Notes under the pieces: generated by a model
Database searches by the model: none
Told to the model about the DNA's origin: nothing
What the model saw: only the letters and a program-made list of their open reading frames with translations
Assembly: GCA_963691875.1 (NCBI GenBank)
Contig: OY829846.1
Span: 3,040,001 to 3,104,000, forward strand
Reading direction: 5' to 3'
DNA: 64,000 nucleotides
Source: Aureliella sp.
Lineage (GTDB): Bacteria > Planctomycetota > Planctomycetia > Pirellulales > Pirellulaceae
Position numbers and translations under genes: made by a program
In this document: positions 50,201 through 58,957 of the stretch, piece by piece
How positions within the stretch are numbered: position 1 is the stretch's first letter
How the letters are laid out: each line of letters starts with the position of its first letter

Positions 50201-52093
50201 GGTGACTTGATCAATATGGACGTCTCGGTGCATTTCTCTGATATCGACGGTAACAGTTTGAGCTTTAGCGCCACTGGGCTTCCGCCGGGAGTGACATTAC
50301 GGTCCAATGGCATGCTCACAGGAACTCTAGTTTCAAATGCTTCTCAAGGCTCACCGTACACCGTGATCGTTGCCGCAAACGATGGAAATGGAGGCACTGT
50401 TTCAGATACATTTGAGTGGACTGTTCAAAATCCGAGCCCCGTTGCTCAGGAAGACACGGGTTCGCTCAACGAGGATACGAGCTATTGGGGCGAAGTGTCG
50501 ACGAATGATAACGACCCCGACAGTGATAGCGTTATTTTTACAAAGCTCACCGATCCACCCAATGGCTCCGTGGTTTTCTTCAGCGATGGGCGCTACCAGT
50601 ACACTGGCGACGATAATTTCCAGGGGAGTGATTCGTTTACTTACCAAGTGCAAGATGCCGATGGTGCGATCTCGACTGCGACGGTTCATATCACTGTTTT
50701 GCCTGTCAACGACGCTCCTGATCAAAGGAGCAACCTTCTGGATCAGTCCTCGAGCGATGGTGACTCCGTTCTCATAGATTTGCGACCAGCATTCCAAGAT
50801 ATCGATGGAGATACGCTGACATTCTCTGTCTCTGCTCTACCGCCTGGCCTGTCTCTGGACCCAAGTGGGATCATCCAAGGGACCCTGGCAAGTCATGCAT
50901 CCGCTGGTGGACCGTATTTGATTAAAGTCACGGTTTCGGATTCGAACGGCGGCAGCATTCAGGCACGCTTTACATGGGATATCGCTAATCCTGAGCCGAC
51001 TGCGACGAACAATCACACGACCTCAGATGAGAATCAAGCCGTTTCTGGAAATGTCATTACCGATGACTCTGGCAGTGGCGTGGACTCCGATCTGGACCAC
51101 GATACGATGCAAGTTTCTGCTCTGAACGGTCAAGCAGTTTTAGCCACTGGTGAGGTTACTGGGAGCAACGGCGGACGCTTCGTAGTCTCGGCAAATGGCA
51201 GCTACTTGTTCTACCCGAGAACAGACTTCGACTACTTGGCTGTCGGTGAGTCCATTAACACCTCGATTCAATACACCTTACGCGACGCTCAAGGAGCCAC
51301 CTCCACAGCAACTCTTGCGATCACGGTTTCAGGCACCAATGATGCCCCGCGAGCCTACAGCAGCCTGCCGCATCGAGAGCACGCAGAAGGCACGCAAGTC
51401 GCTGTGAACTTGGGCAACTGGTTTGGAGATCCCGACCAGTCGGATCACACATCGTTCGAGATAACCGGACTTCCGCCGGGACTCACAGCGGATCCTAGCA
51501 CTGGTCTAATCGCAGGTGCGCTGGCAGAAGGCAGTTCGCAAGACTTTCCGTATACGGTACAAGTCACGGTGCGAGATGTGCACGGCGCCGCGGTAACGAG
51601 AAACTTTCAGTGGCGAGTCACGCCGACCTTCGCATTTGATGCGTTTAACAATCAAGCCGAATTGCAGCAGCGAATTGGTATGGCGACACAGCGTGAAGTA
51701 CTGCTTTCGCAACGCATCGATTCACTCGTGTCCGAACCAATCCTAGCTGGCTCGGCTCAGGCAGGCGCAATCTTGGTCGCTCGTATCTATGCTGCTGATG
51801 GTTCCATCCTTGGTGAAGTATCGACGCAGGCCGATCAAGCTGGGAACTGGAGTTTACAGTTCTTCGGCGTGGCGGCTTCGCAGCAGACACGGATCATTAT
51901 CGAACATGTTGCGAGCGAGCACAGCCTTATAGGCGAAGCGGATTTTCGTCTCGGCGAAGAGACATATCGCTCACTGCAGCTGGATGCGATGCATCGTAAC
52001 GCTCCGACGGCATGGTCGATTTTATCTGACGCGCCCGCTGCTGCTCTTGAGCAAATGCATCGCGAAAACAAGAACCCGCTATCATTCCTGTAG
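44216..52093 (+). CDS. Giant surface adhesin: LEPR-XLL, DUF4347, cadherin/Big_9, PA14, VCBS-like and putative Ig (He_PIG) repeats
   Basis: LEDRILFD; HILSHG..G.LQLG..D.LFYGC..GADVAAS.D.TG...GGDWDLE; VNDAP/DGD.LTF/GLPPGLS repeats. Confidence 0.92.
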   Translation: MKKQQPTCGLPQRTMERLEDRILFDAVPDGVVLFPADVPPDSPPLPPGLPEQSEELHQPEQPQQADGTRELILVDANVADANALLNKLLQSREGSSFEVRLLDANSDGVAQIGSILSSQEDAPYSAVHILSHGGDGMLQLGSTVLSDQNFSKHSTGIRSWSQGLRASGDVLFYGCDLASGQIGQELLTNLQQAIGADVAASSDLTGHRDLGGDWDLEFQIGQIETEEVSVRDYFNTLNVFTIQADTPVTVDGDGGVGTTGKWSNAGFVDTDSTVDADGDGDFENDADMAVDVVATVIGVTGTASVDFQTVSTTDPLRDDMRARISGDGTATIRWEIFEAGKINKPTEGKIGLTISDIDGSGGPETVEGVAASLHNLSSYTLQSPTNLDIEIEDNFLVAQGTQNQNDERPSWVRFDWATANELVLTYYVYGNGTRFFNHDGDGDLVFTNPNTNFTQGIDLDTDDSSGASGSNYQATYIDGSIPGVDNDVPVSVADADIRIFDLNDTTLQGATIVLTNASAGDQLNVNAPLLVALGISANVDSSDPTRVVVTLSGSSLIENYQTAIKSVKYSNVNATFDKSYHRVVEIFATDGTNVSGTANTTINFSNAVNAPTAAADFYVTSEDAGGLSIDEANGLLANDDDPQGDSITVIGARDSGGNLLILDSIHTLPSGSTILLRADGSFDYTPAAHFSGAEFINYDISDAGGNTATSFLTINTKPIADVPVLSTSYTATTVNEDEWSAQLYVSIATPDSDGSETLKLVVSGIPAGASITDGTNTFVAGATSSVDVSSWDLTRLQFRAASHSDVDHVLTLTLTSSEANGDSQTVSQLVRFAVDAVADAPTVSTADAQGAVDQTVSLVGLINVALVDQDGSEEITSVTISNIPAGAQLLDNGVPLAINAGQVTLTVSQLANLAFGPPASVTGTYTLRVSATSEETTPENIVATRSATSTPVDLVITIDNVDDPVTTHKDIGLVANNSTVTLAVLSNDEIPDGGGQVTLVDGRAISIGQTITLSSGAGTVTLNSDQSLSFTAASSTSGTVELTYRAEDMDGDFSIGTAYVSVAAPLVNDTSSTKEDTSVAIDVLGNDSTSVLPSTITSQTATDGTNGTTTINSDGTITYSPNADFNGSDSFTYTVTGLAAGLQYQFFDGLGSWNSLDDIPTIDPDYIGIATDLDSAGLANSLTGSNTNYGVRYYGKLYVENADSYEFSLNSNNGSRIWINGSLVTDNNNSGGTTSNVGSVFLHSGYHDIRIEHYDFGGAAGLIARMSGADTSGVSTNLLASGRIGSMVVTQSATVNITVASVNDAPTAADDDLAATENQSLSGNVITDNNGNGADNDPDGDALTVGAVDGSAANVGSNTAGSNGGTFNISSDGTYSFTPGTSFDLLAAGETTKTSLTYTISDEQGRNSTATVEVTVTGTNDAPTVLGSIPTQSGQDGTTISPLDVSGYFDDLDATNTLTFSAGTTLPPGLSINSGGVISGTIVANASVTGPFTVTITASDGTALISQDFTWNVTNPAPFAQDDSVALDEDTQVTASVAGNDSDPDSDALTFSKRTNPANGTLVFQSNGTYTYTPDTDFNGSDRFTYQVRDADGTSSIATVHVTVNPINDAPVVASAIGNRASSDGDVISLELASFFSDVDGDSLDFSATGLPDGLSISSSGVITGTISNSASQAGPFSVTISVKDPSGESGSQSFQWSVSNRAPIATDDSFSAIEDTLLTGDISAGDSDPDGDTISFQVLTGPSHGTLILQADGTFTYSPTRNYHGSDSFLYQVHDADGATSSATVSITVNSVNDLPTYDGKIMTQTSQDGETVNLDLSSHFADIEGPLVFSATGLPPRLSMDLAGRITGMIDSSASASGPYSVQVTAQDSNSATVTATFEWQVTNPAPNAVGDSYATNEDNPVSGNVGDNDTDADGDSLTFTLLTGPSNASLLFHRNGSFVYTPNSNYSGVDSFVYQVQDSDGATATATAVITVGDVNDPPSFDTPLADQANWDGDLINMDVSVHFSDIDGNSLSFSATGLPPGVTLRSNGMLTGTLVSNASQGSPYTVIVAANDGNGGTVSDTFEWTVQNPSPVAQEDTGSLNEDTSYWGEVSTNDNDPDSDSVIFTKLTDPPNGSVVFFSDGRYQYTGDDNFQGSDSFTYQVQDADGAISTATVHITVLPVNDAPDQRSNLLDQSSSDGDSVLIDLRPAFQDIDGDTLTFSVSALPPGLSLDPSGIIQGTLASHASAGGPYLIKVTVSDSNGGSIQARFTWDIANPEPTATNNHTTSDENQAVSGNVITDDSGSGVDSDLDHDTMQVSALNGQAVLATGEVTGSNGGRFVVSANGSYLFYPRTDFDYLAVGESINTSIQYTLRDAQGATSTATLAITVSGTNDAPRAYSSLPHREHAEGTQVAVNLGNWFGDPDQSDHTSFEITGLPPGLTADPSTGLIAGALAEGSSQDFPYTVQVTVRDVHGAAVTRNFQWRVTPTFAFDAFNNQAELQQRIGMATQREVLLSQRIDSLVSEPILAGSAQAGAILVARIYAADGSILGEVSTQADQAGNWSLQFFGVAASQQTRIIIEHVASEHSLIGEADFRLGEETYRSLQLDAMHRNAPTAWSILSDAPAAALEQMHRENKNPLSFL

Positions 52094-52121
52094 GCTATTT
52101 TTGGTAGACCTTACGGAATAA

Positions 52122-52805
52122 CTATTCGTCAGCCGCTTGTAAGAGGTTGTTTCGATTTCGAACCAGTTTGCGAACAAGATCCGTACCAAGGGCGGCTTGC
52201 AGAGCCGTACCAAGTTCTTGGTCGCGTTGCATTAGATCCTCAATGTAGTTCTTTGGCCAGCGAGCGTATAGGATCGCATCCAGAGCAACGACAGAAGCTG
52301 TGGTGTTTCCGCCTGTGAGAAAACTCATCTCACCAGCAAACTGGCCGGGCTCAATCAGAGCAATTTCGCGTTTCTGAGTGACCACTTTGGCCTGTCCGGA
52401 AAGGAGCAGGATCAAGTGCTCAAGCGGCTGGTCTTCTTCGAGCAGGACCTCGCCAAACTCGATGGTTTGCCATTCTGCAGCATTATTGACGCGTTGAACT
52501 TGGCGTGGTGTAAGGGTGCTTAGCGGGCCATCATGCAACCGCTGCTCGACATCTGACAATTTGACAGGCCGCCGTTCGTAGATCAGCAGCCCAATCTGGA
52601 AAATGTTGATTGCGAGAAAAGCACCTTGCCAACCCAAGGCACCGTACTGGCTGCAAGTCCAGTAGCAAGCTCCAGCCAGCAGCATTGCAAGCACGGTCAA
52701 AGCTCGCAACCAAAGGATGTCGCGGACGGAATAAGAACAAAGATAAATCACATTGGCGACGTGCAAAAACACGCTATCGTCCATCGAATGTGAATGTTCG
52801 TCCAT
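52122..52805 (-). CDS. Popeye-like membrane protein with cyclic-nucleotide-binding domain
   Basis: HVANVIYLCSY.VRDILWLR..W..FLAIN..YERRP; GQFAGEMSFLTG..TA.V. Confidence 0.82.
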   Translation of the reverse strand: MDEHSHSMDDSVFLHVANVIYLCSYSVRDILWLRALTVLAMLLAGACYWTCSQYGALGWQGAFLAINIFQIGLLIYERRPVKLSDVEQRLHDGPLSTLTPRQVQRVNNAAEWQTIEFGEVLLEEDQPLEHLILLLSGQAKVVTQKREIALIEPGQFAGEMSFLTGGNTTASVVALDAILYARWPKNYIEDLMQRDQELGTALQAALGTDLVRKLVRNRNNLLQAADE

Positions 52806-52997
52806 CTTGCCAATTCGCGGGTGTTCTAGCTGAAATCTGCGCCGAAAAGACACTTTTATCCGCCATACTGCCTCTGTAAATTCCCTGCCTTGCCATTTTG
52901 GTGGGTTTTCGAGAATAATCTTGAACTGTTGTCCTTTTGCCCTGGGGATTTGGCAATCTAGCTGCGTTGGCTCCACTCTTCTTCAAGATCGAATCCC

Positions 52998-55979
52998 ATG
53001 ATTGCTCCGAGAACGCGAACAAGGATGAGAACACTCAATTGGACCTTCGTTCTGGTAATGACGGTCCTCATCGCCCGCCCTGTGACAGGGCAAGACTTCG
53101 CGTCTGAGCCAACAGAGTTCGGCAAACCTGCGAATCTGCCGCGACCAAGCGATATGTCGACGAACGAATTCGAGAAGCACCTGTTCGAGTTCGTCAACTC
53201 ACGCGAATACACGAAGCTCGGTTGGATGATCGACAAAGGCGTGCGAGACACCGGCCCTTTCATCAACGGAAAGTACTATGGGACGCATCCAGCTGTCCGC
53301 ATTTTCTACTCTCCCGAAGTTATGGAGTGGCTGGTAGGCGGTCGAAAAGATGCGATTCCTGATGGTGCTGTCATTATCAAAGAGCAGTATCCTGAACCGG
53401 CAATTCGTCACGAAGGAAAATCAGAAGAAGAACTTTGGGCCACACTAAAGTCTTGGACAATCATGGTCAAAGACTCGAAAGGGTCGCACGACGGCTGGTT
53501 CTGGAGCAATCCAGGCAAAGGCCAGAAAGTCGTCAATTACTACGAGTACCCCTTCGAGGAACCTTACTCGGGTTTTGGACTGTATTGCGTTCGTTGCCAC
53601 GCCTCGACCAAGTCCCCCGGCAAAACAAACGAATACACCTTCTCTGCACTTCGAAACATCAAGGGATTTTCAGGAGAACCGCTTCTGTTCCGCGTTGATG
53701 ATTCGTGGCGTCACGGCGAAGAGGAGGCCCCTGAGCCAGACGGGCCTGTCGAACAAGTTGCGGAAGGGGCATCTCTAGAAGAGGAATCTCTTGTTCGACT
53801 TGCGAGTTCACGTGAACTTATTCGCGACTCACATCCTCGCTGTGCAAAAGAAGATTTTCCGACTCAGTGCATTCCGGAGCTAAACGAAACCTTCTTGAAG
53901 TTTTTTCCTCAGGTCACTCAGCAGCAGCGAACGGAACTACAGCACTTCCCCCCAGTCACCTACGACTCGGTGCCACGCGAACCTGCTGGAAAAGAATCGC
54001 CCGAATCACAGCAAGCGTTCCTGACTTCTAACCAATGCATGAGCTGTCATGCGGGGCTGACCGAGCCATTCGGGCCAACGATGTTCATTCCGACCGAGGG
54101 CTCTGCGAGCTATGGCTCACCTGGTCTGCACGTTTCGCCATTTGGAGAATGGCGTTGGACTCCGATGGGATTGGCGGGACGCGATCCAGTATTCTTTGCC
54201 CAGCTCGAGAGTGAACTGGCTCTGCTGAAAAAGAACTACTCGGATAAAAAAGCAAATTCAATAGGCGCGGACTTACAAAAGACCTGTCTCGGCTGTCACG
54301 GCGTGATGGGCAAACGTCAACATGACCTCGACTTTGGGGCAGATGGAACCGATGCATTCAAAATCGCCGACGTGTACAAGCATCAATTGGATCCACATCG
54401 AAAACACTTTGATGAAAGCAAGTATGGTGCACTCGCACGGGATGGTGTTAGCTGTGCTGTGTGCCATCGCATGCAACCGAGGCCACAAGAGCCTGGAGAC
54501 GAACGCGAGTACTTGGAGCATTTCTTAGAAACTTCGATAACCGGTAATTTTCATCTCGGCGAGCCTGGCAAGATGTATGGACCATACAAAGACGAGGAGT
54601 TAGCGCCCTATGTGATGGAACATGCGATGGGCTTTAAGCCGCAGCACAGCGACTACATGAAGTCGTCGCAGATGTGCGGCACTTGTCACACCGTCAATTT
54701 GCCGATCGTGGATTGGGAAAAGAAACCCGGCGAGGAGTACAACGACTTGGAGCGCGCGGAGTGGAATCCAAACTTGAAGGACTTTCACCATCACGTCGAA
54801 CAAGCCACCTACTTAGAATGGTTGAACAGCGAGTTCGAGAACGAAATCAACGCAGAGAACAAACGTGGTAAGTCTTGCCAAGACTGCCATATGTCGAAGG
54901 GTATCCAAGACCCAGAATCTGGAATCGCCATTGAGCAACTCGAAACTCGGATCGCGGTGATTCAAGACAGCTCTTATCCCGATGCCGAAAATCTGGTTGA
55001 ACACAAAGAGCTCGACGTTCGCCACCGCAAAGAGTATTCGCGGCACAACTTCCGCGGCTTGAACTTGTTCATGCTGGAGATGCACAATCAGTTCGATGAC
55101 GTACTGGGCGTTCGCAAGCACGATTACATGACAGGCTCCAAAACCGACATTCAGCAAGCCACCAACGACTTCGTGCGGCAGGCTAGCCAGGAAACGGCTG
55201 AGCTGGATCTTTCGGCTCGGTGGAATGCCAAAGGACAACTGCAAGCGACGCTTGATATCGACAGTCTTGCTGGTCATCGTTTTCCATCCGGCGTTGGTTT
55301 TCGAAGAGCATTCGTCGAGTTCCTGGTCATCGATGAATCGCGTCCTGTGGAAGATCAGGTTGTATGGTCATCGGGAAGAACCAATGAGATCGGCGTGATC
55401 GTGGATCATTCGGGTAAGCCGCTACCATCGGAGTTCTTTGATTGTGACGCTCGCGGGCAAGAACAGTACCAGCCACACCACGAGGTGATTAGCTCAGATC
55501 GGCAAGTCCAGATCTACGAAACTTTGCTGCACAATCGTAGTGGCGAGTTTACGACCAGTTTCATTCATGGCTGCACGATCATCAAAGACAATCGCTTCTT
55601 GCCGCGTGGTTGGAGCAAGAAAGGCCCTGGCGGTGGACTCAAAGGTCACTTTCTCAGTGCCACCTACCCTGGACCGGTCGCGGCCAAGGACCGGCGTTAT
55701 CAAGATGGCAGCGGGAGCGACTCCCTTGAATACCAAGTGGATCTAGGACCCGCAGTCAATCGAAATACCATTCGCGTCGAGGCAACCTTGTATTACCAAG
55801 CGATGCCACCGTATTTCCTGAAAAACATCTTTGACCTATCCCCAGATGGTGATGCGACTCAACGTCTGCACTACATCTGCAGCAACATGAAACTCAAGGG
55901 CACTCCCATCGAGAACTGGAAACTAAAAGTCGTTGGTGCCAGCGCGAAAGTCGACGTCAAGGAAGCTCCCAATCCATAG
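52998..55979 (+). CDS. Cytochrome P460-domain multiheme c-type cytochrome
   Basis: PDGAVIIKEQY, MVKD..DGWFW; six CxxCH motifs (CVRCH, CMSCH, CLGCH, CAVCH, CGTCH, CQDCH). Confidence 0.85.
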   Translation: MIAPRTRTRMRTLNWTFVLVMTVLIARPVTGQDFASEPTEFGKPANLPRPSDMSTNEFEKHLFEFVNSREYTKLGWMIDKGVRDTGPFINGKYYGTHPAVRIFYSPEVMEWLVGGRKDAIPDGAVIIKEQYPEPAIRHEGKSEEELWATLKSWTIMVKDSKGSHDGWFWSNPGKGQKVVNYYEYPFEEPYSGFGLYCVRCHASTKSPGKTNEYTFSALRNIKGFSGEPLLFRVDDSWRHGEEEAPEPDGPVEQVAEGASLEEESLVRLASSRELIRDSHPRCAKEDFPTQCIPELNETFLKFFPQVTQQQRTELQHFPPVTYDSVPREPAGKESPESQQAFLTSNQCMSCHAGLTEPFGPTMFIPTEGSASYGSPGLHVSPFGEWRWTPMGLAGRDPVFFAQLESELALLKKNYSDKKANSIGADLQKTCLGCHGVMGKRQHDLDFGADGTDAFKIADVYKHQLDPHRKHFDESKYGALARDGVSCAVCHRMQPRPQEPGDEREYLEHFLETSITGNFHLGEPGKMYGPYKDEELAPYVMEHAMGFKPQHSDYMKSSQMCGTCHTVNLPIVDWEKKPGEEYNDLERAEWNPNLKDFHHHVEQATYLEWLNSEFENEINAENKRGKSCQDCHMSKGIQDPESGIAIEQLETRIAVIQDSSYPDAENLVEHKELDVRHRKEYSRHNFRGLNLFMLEMHNQFDDVLGVRKHDYMTGSKTDIQQATNDFVRQASQETAELDLSARWNAKGQLQATLDIDSLAGHRFPSGVGFRRAFVEFLVIDESRPVEDQVVWSSGRTNEIGVIVDHSGKPLPSEFFDCDARGQEQYQPHHEVISSDRQVQIYETLLHNRSGEFTTSFIHGCTIIKDNRFLPRGWSKKGPGGGLKGHFLSATYPGPVAAKDRRYQDGSGSDSLEYQVDLGPAVNRNTIRVEATLYYQAMPPYFLKNIFDLSPDGDATQRLHYICSNMKLKGTPIENWKLKVVGASAKVDVKEAPNP

Positions 55980-56008
55980 CGGGAAAAGTGCGAACTGCCG
56001 GTTCAATA

Positions 56009-56030
56009 GTAGTGGGATTCGCCAGAATTT
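56009..56030 (+). repeat. GTAG-type REP-like repeat
   Basis: GTAGTGGGATTCGCCAGAATTT between convergent genes. Confidence 0.65.
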
Positions 56031-56162
56031 CTCCTCTCTGCCCATAGTAGAACCTTTTAGTTCGAGTCGCGATGATGCGAGATAGCCGCGATACGCGTAG
56101 TACGCACTCGCACAAAGCTCGACGCTAGCTCATTCGGCTTCGAGCCGCGGCGAGGCAGTTCC

Positions 56163-56960
56163 TCAGGGCAACGCATTGTTCGATTCGTCTCCCGCTGATT
56201 TCGTCACCAGGGACCGAATCGATGCTCGGTCCAATGAAGATCTCACGAACAAGCAAGAACCGTCCGCGAGACAACAATTTGCGCCGCCTTCGTGCTGGGG
56301 CTTGAATTCTGCGGCAAGATAAGTCTGCATGTCGATGTCGTTAGGACTCATCCAAGGCACTACGAGCTCCGCATCGACTTCCACGATCAGCAAGGTAGTG
56401 CTTGTTCCATCTTGAATCTGCGCCATCTTCGTCGCGTTACTCCCATTGAAGATACCAGATGGATCGTCAACGACTACATAGGTACTTGAACCTGGTGGGA
56501 CTGCTGGGGGACCTCCGCACGAAGGGCAATTGAACACCGGGATATCCAGACTATCGAATTTCGCATTAACTGGATGATCCCAGGGCTTGGACAGATCAAT
56601 CTTGTCATACAGCGGCTGCTGCTCGATGAATGGAAGGATCAAGGTTCTCCAGCTGTGCAAGCGGTTTCCCTTCGCGTCCACGGTGTAAGCCGGAGGAAAA
56701 CTACCATAGAAACGTTCGTAATTGTGCATCGCAAACGCAAGTTGCTTTAAGTTGTTCGAGCACTTCATTCGACGCGCGGCGCCACGAGGAGAAGACTCAC
56801 CCGGCATAAGCAGGCCAGCGATGATGACGATGATGAATATCACAACGGCAAGTTCGACCAAGTAAAACGATCTCTTCGATCCCCGCTCCAAAGGAAGTGC
56901 CTCTGAATCAACGGACTCCGCTGCGTAAGACTCGCTCACAGAAAAAGGGTTTTCACTCAT
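56163..56960 (-). CDS. DUF1559 domain (prepilin-type) protein
   Basis: LVEL.VV, ARRMKCSNNLKQL..AMHNY, HSWR..ILPF.EQ, DGTS.T, H.GGAN...DG. Confidence 0.93.
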   Translation of the reverse strand: MSENPFSVSESYAAESVDSEALPLERGSKRSFYLVELAVVIFIIVIIAGLLMPGESSPRGAARRMKCSNNLKQLAFAMHNYERFYGSFPPAYTVDAKGNRLHSWRTLILPFIEQQPLYDKIDLSKPWDHPVNAKFDSLDIPVFNCPSCGGPPAVPPGSSTYVVVDDPSGIFNGSNATKMAQIQDGTSTTLLIVEVDAELVVPWMSPNDIDMQTYLAAEFKPQHEGGANCCLADGSCLFVRSSLDRASIRSLVTKSAGDESNNALP

Positions 56961-57014
56961 CACGCACCTCGTTCCAAGCAACCAATCTGGCTCGAATAAT
57001 ATTGCTACGTAACG

Positions 57015-57908
57015 CTAAGGCTTTAGCCAGCGCAGCATGGTGTCGGTAACTTTCGCGGCAGCATCTTGCTGCACAAAGTGTCCTGCGCCGGGTAGAGTAA
57101 CGAGCGTCAAATCACTTTCGAGCCAGAGCCAGGTGTCATTCAGTGCTCCGGGCAGCAGCGCAGTGTCCTCGAGGCCGTGGATCATCAGCACTGAACATTT
57201 GACCTTGTCCGCCTCGGCCTGTTCTTCATAGGGCTCGCGTGGGTAGTTGGCCTTGTAGTAGTTCAGCATGCTTTCGAAGGAAGAACGCTTGAAAGCCTCA
57301 ACATACTTTTTCTTTGCATCAGCATCTTTGACCCAGAAAGAGATTCCTTCGGCAGTGAGAGTTTTGGCCGCTTCGGGCTGCTGAAAACGCCGAGCGTAGG
57401 CCGAAGCTTTTTGTTGGTCAGGATTGTTTGCTAGCTCACGTGTCAGGCCATTGAAATGCGGCAAGTTCAGGATCACCAAGCGTTCAAGCATTTCTGGATA
57501 GCGCATTGCAAAATCCCAAGCGACGGCTCCGCCCCAATCGTGACCGACCACCGTAGCCTTCTTCTTCCCAAAGTGCTCGATGACTGCCTTGACGTCTGCC
57601 GCCAACTTCGGCAATGCATAATTCTCCACGCCCTCAGGTTGCGAGCTTTTGTTATAACCACGCTGGTCGATGGCTACAACTTGAAAGTGCTTTGACAAGG
57701 CGGGGATCTGCTCTCGCCACGTGTACCAGTAGTCCGGAAAGCCATGAATCATGATGACCAGAGGGCCTTCACCAGCGGTCACATAGTGGATTTTGACATC
57801 GCCTGACTTGGCGAATCCATGCTCACCAAGCTCATCGGCACGTAAAACCGGCAATGAGAATAGCAAACAAGCAAGAATAGATAGAATTGTTCGGCGTCGA
57901 AAAATCAT
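57015..57908 (-). CDS. Alpha/beta hydrolase (epoxide hydrolase-like)
   Basis: HGFPD.WY.WR, D.RGY, GHDWGG, GHFVQ. Confidence 0.93.
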   Translation of the reverse strand: MIFRRRTILSILACLLFSLPVLRADELGEHGFAKSGDVKIHYVTAGEGPLVIMIHGFPDYWYTWREQIPALSKHFQVVAIDQRGYNKSSQPEGVENYALPKLAADVKAVIEHFGKKKATVVGHDWGGAVAWDFAMRYPEMLERLVILNLPHFNGLTRELANNPDQQKASAYARRFQQPEAAKTLTAEGISFWVKDADAKKKYVEAFKRSSFESMLNYYKANYPREPYEEQAEADKVKCSVLMIHGLEDTALLPGALNDTWLWLESDLTLVTLPGAGHFVQQDAAAKVTDTMLRWLKP

Positions 57909-58957
57909 AGGTTCAGACTCACAATTGGGACAGCGAGGACAAGCAACATGAGTTTAACGAAGTTACCCTTGGCTGAGTAAGAAATGCAGGAAATGCCAGA
58001 CCAAGACTTGGATTCAATACCTGAAGCGGGACTTCAGCTGCTCGAATCTACCGAATTGAATGGCTCAATGTGCGTAGAGGCAACTGACGCGATCGTTCAG
58101 TATGCGGAGGCGAAGACTCGTGCCACATTGTTTCTTGAGCCAAACGAATCGACAGACTCATCATGAATGCGGTAGGGAGTTTGTTAGACACTCTTGACCC
58201 ACAACTGTCGATTTCAAAGTTAGCCTGGGTACTGGGGCAACTCATTGCCCCGAAGCTGGAGGAGCGATTTTAAGGTATCTCGCTCACTGTCGAGATGAGG
58301 CTCAGAATTATCATGCGGGAATTCACAATATGCTCATTGTCTTGAACCACCGGACATATAAATCTCGATATGCATCTGTGTATCAGATTAAAGAGAATCT
58401 CCGACCTGTGGAGGAATACCTTGATATGAACTACCGCAAATCAGGTTCTGAAGTCATTGGTTAATGACGGAAATCAATCACTGCTTTACTGAAATCTTTT
58501 CCCAACGGCCAAAACGCGATGGCAATCCGGATTCAGGCATGTCCTGAGCCTACTCACGATTGGTACTCACGTGTGTAAGGGCCCGGTATTGGAACGCCAA
58601 GCGACGAAGGACATTGAATTTACAAGAACGATCGCGTATCTCATTGGCGAGGAATTTCTTTGATCAGAACGTTATCAACCGGGCAGCGTGTGAACTGCCA
58701 AAAATCTCAAATTGCTCAAGTTCTAGACGCCGGTATGGCCTGATGCATTGATGCTTGAAGTTAACGAGCGAGGTGTGGCCACAAATCGTTGAGGCAAGCC
58801 GGTCTAGCTCTCGAGCGTGCGAAACCACATGGTGACCGGAGCTCAAGAGCTGGAGCTAAAAGTGGAGTTAGAAGAACCTTTCGGTGTCGTCAACAGCGTT
58901 TCGTACGATAAAAGTTTCATCCGGGAAGGACGCAGCCAGGACCAGCAGTTCCAGCGA

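Noticed and set aside
57984..58900. Short ORFs and AT-richer gap
   Set aside because: Possibly a degraded gene (57984-58270), but no family is recognisable
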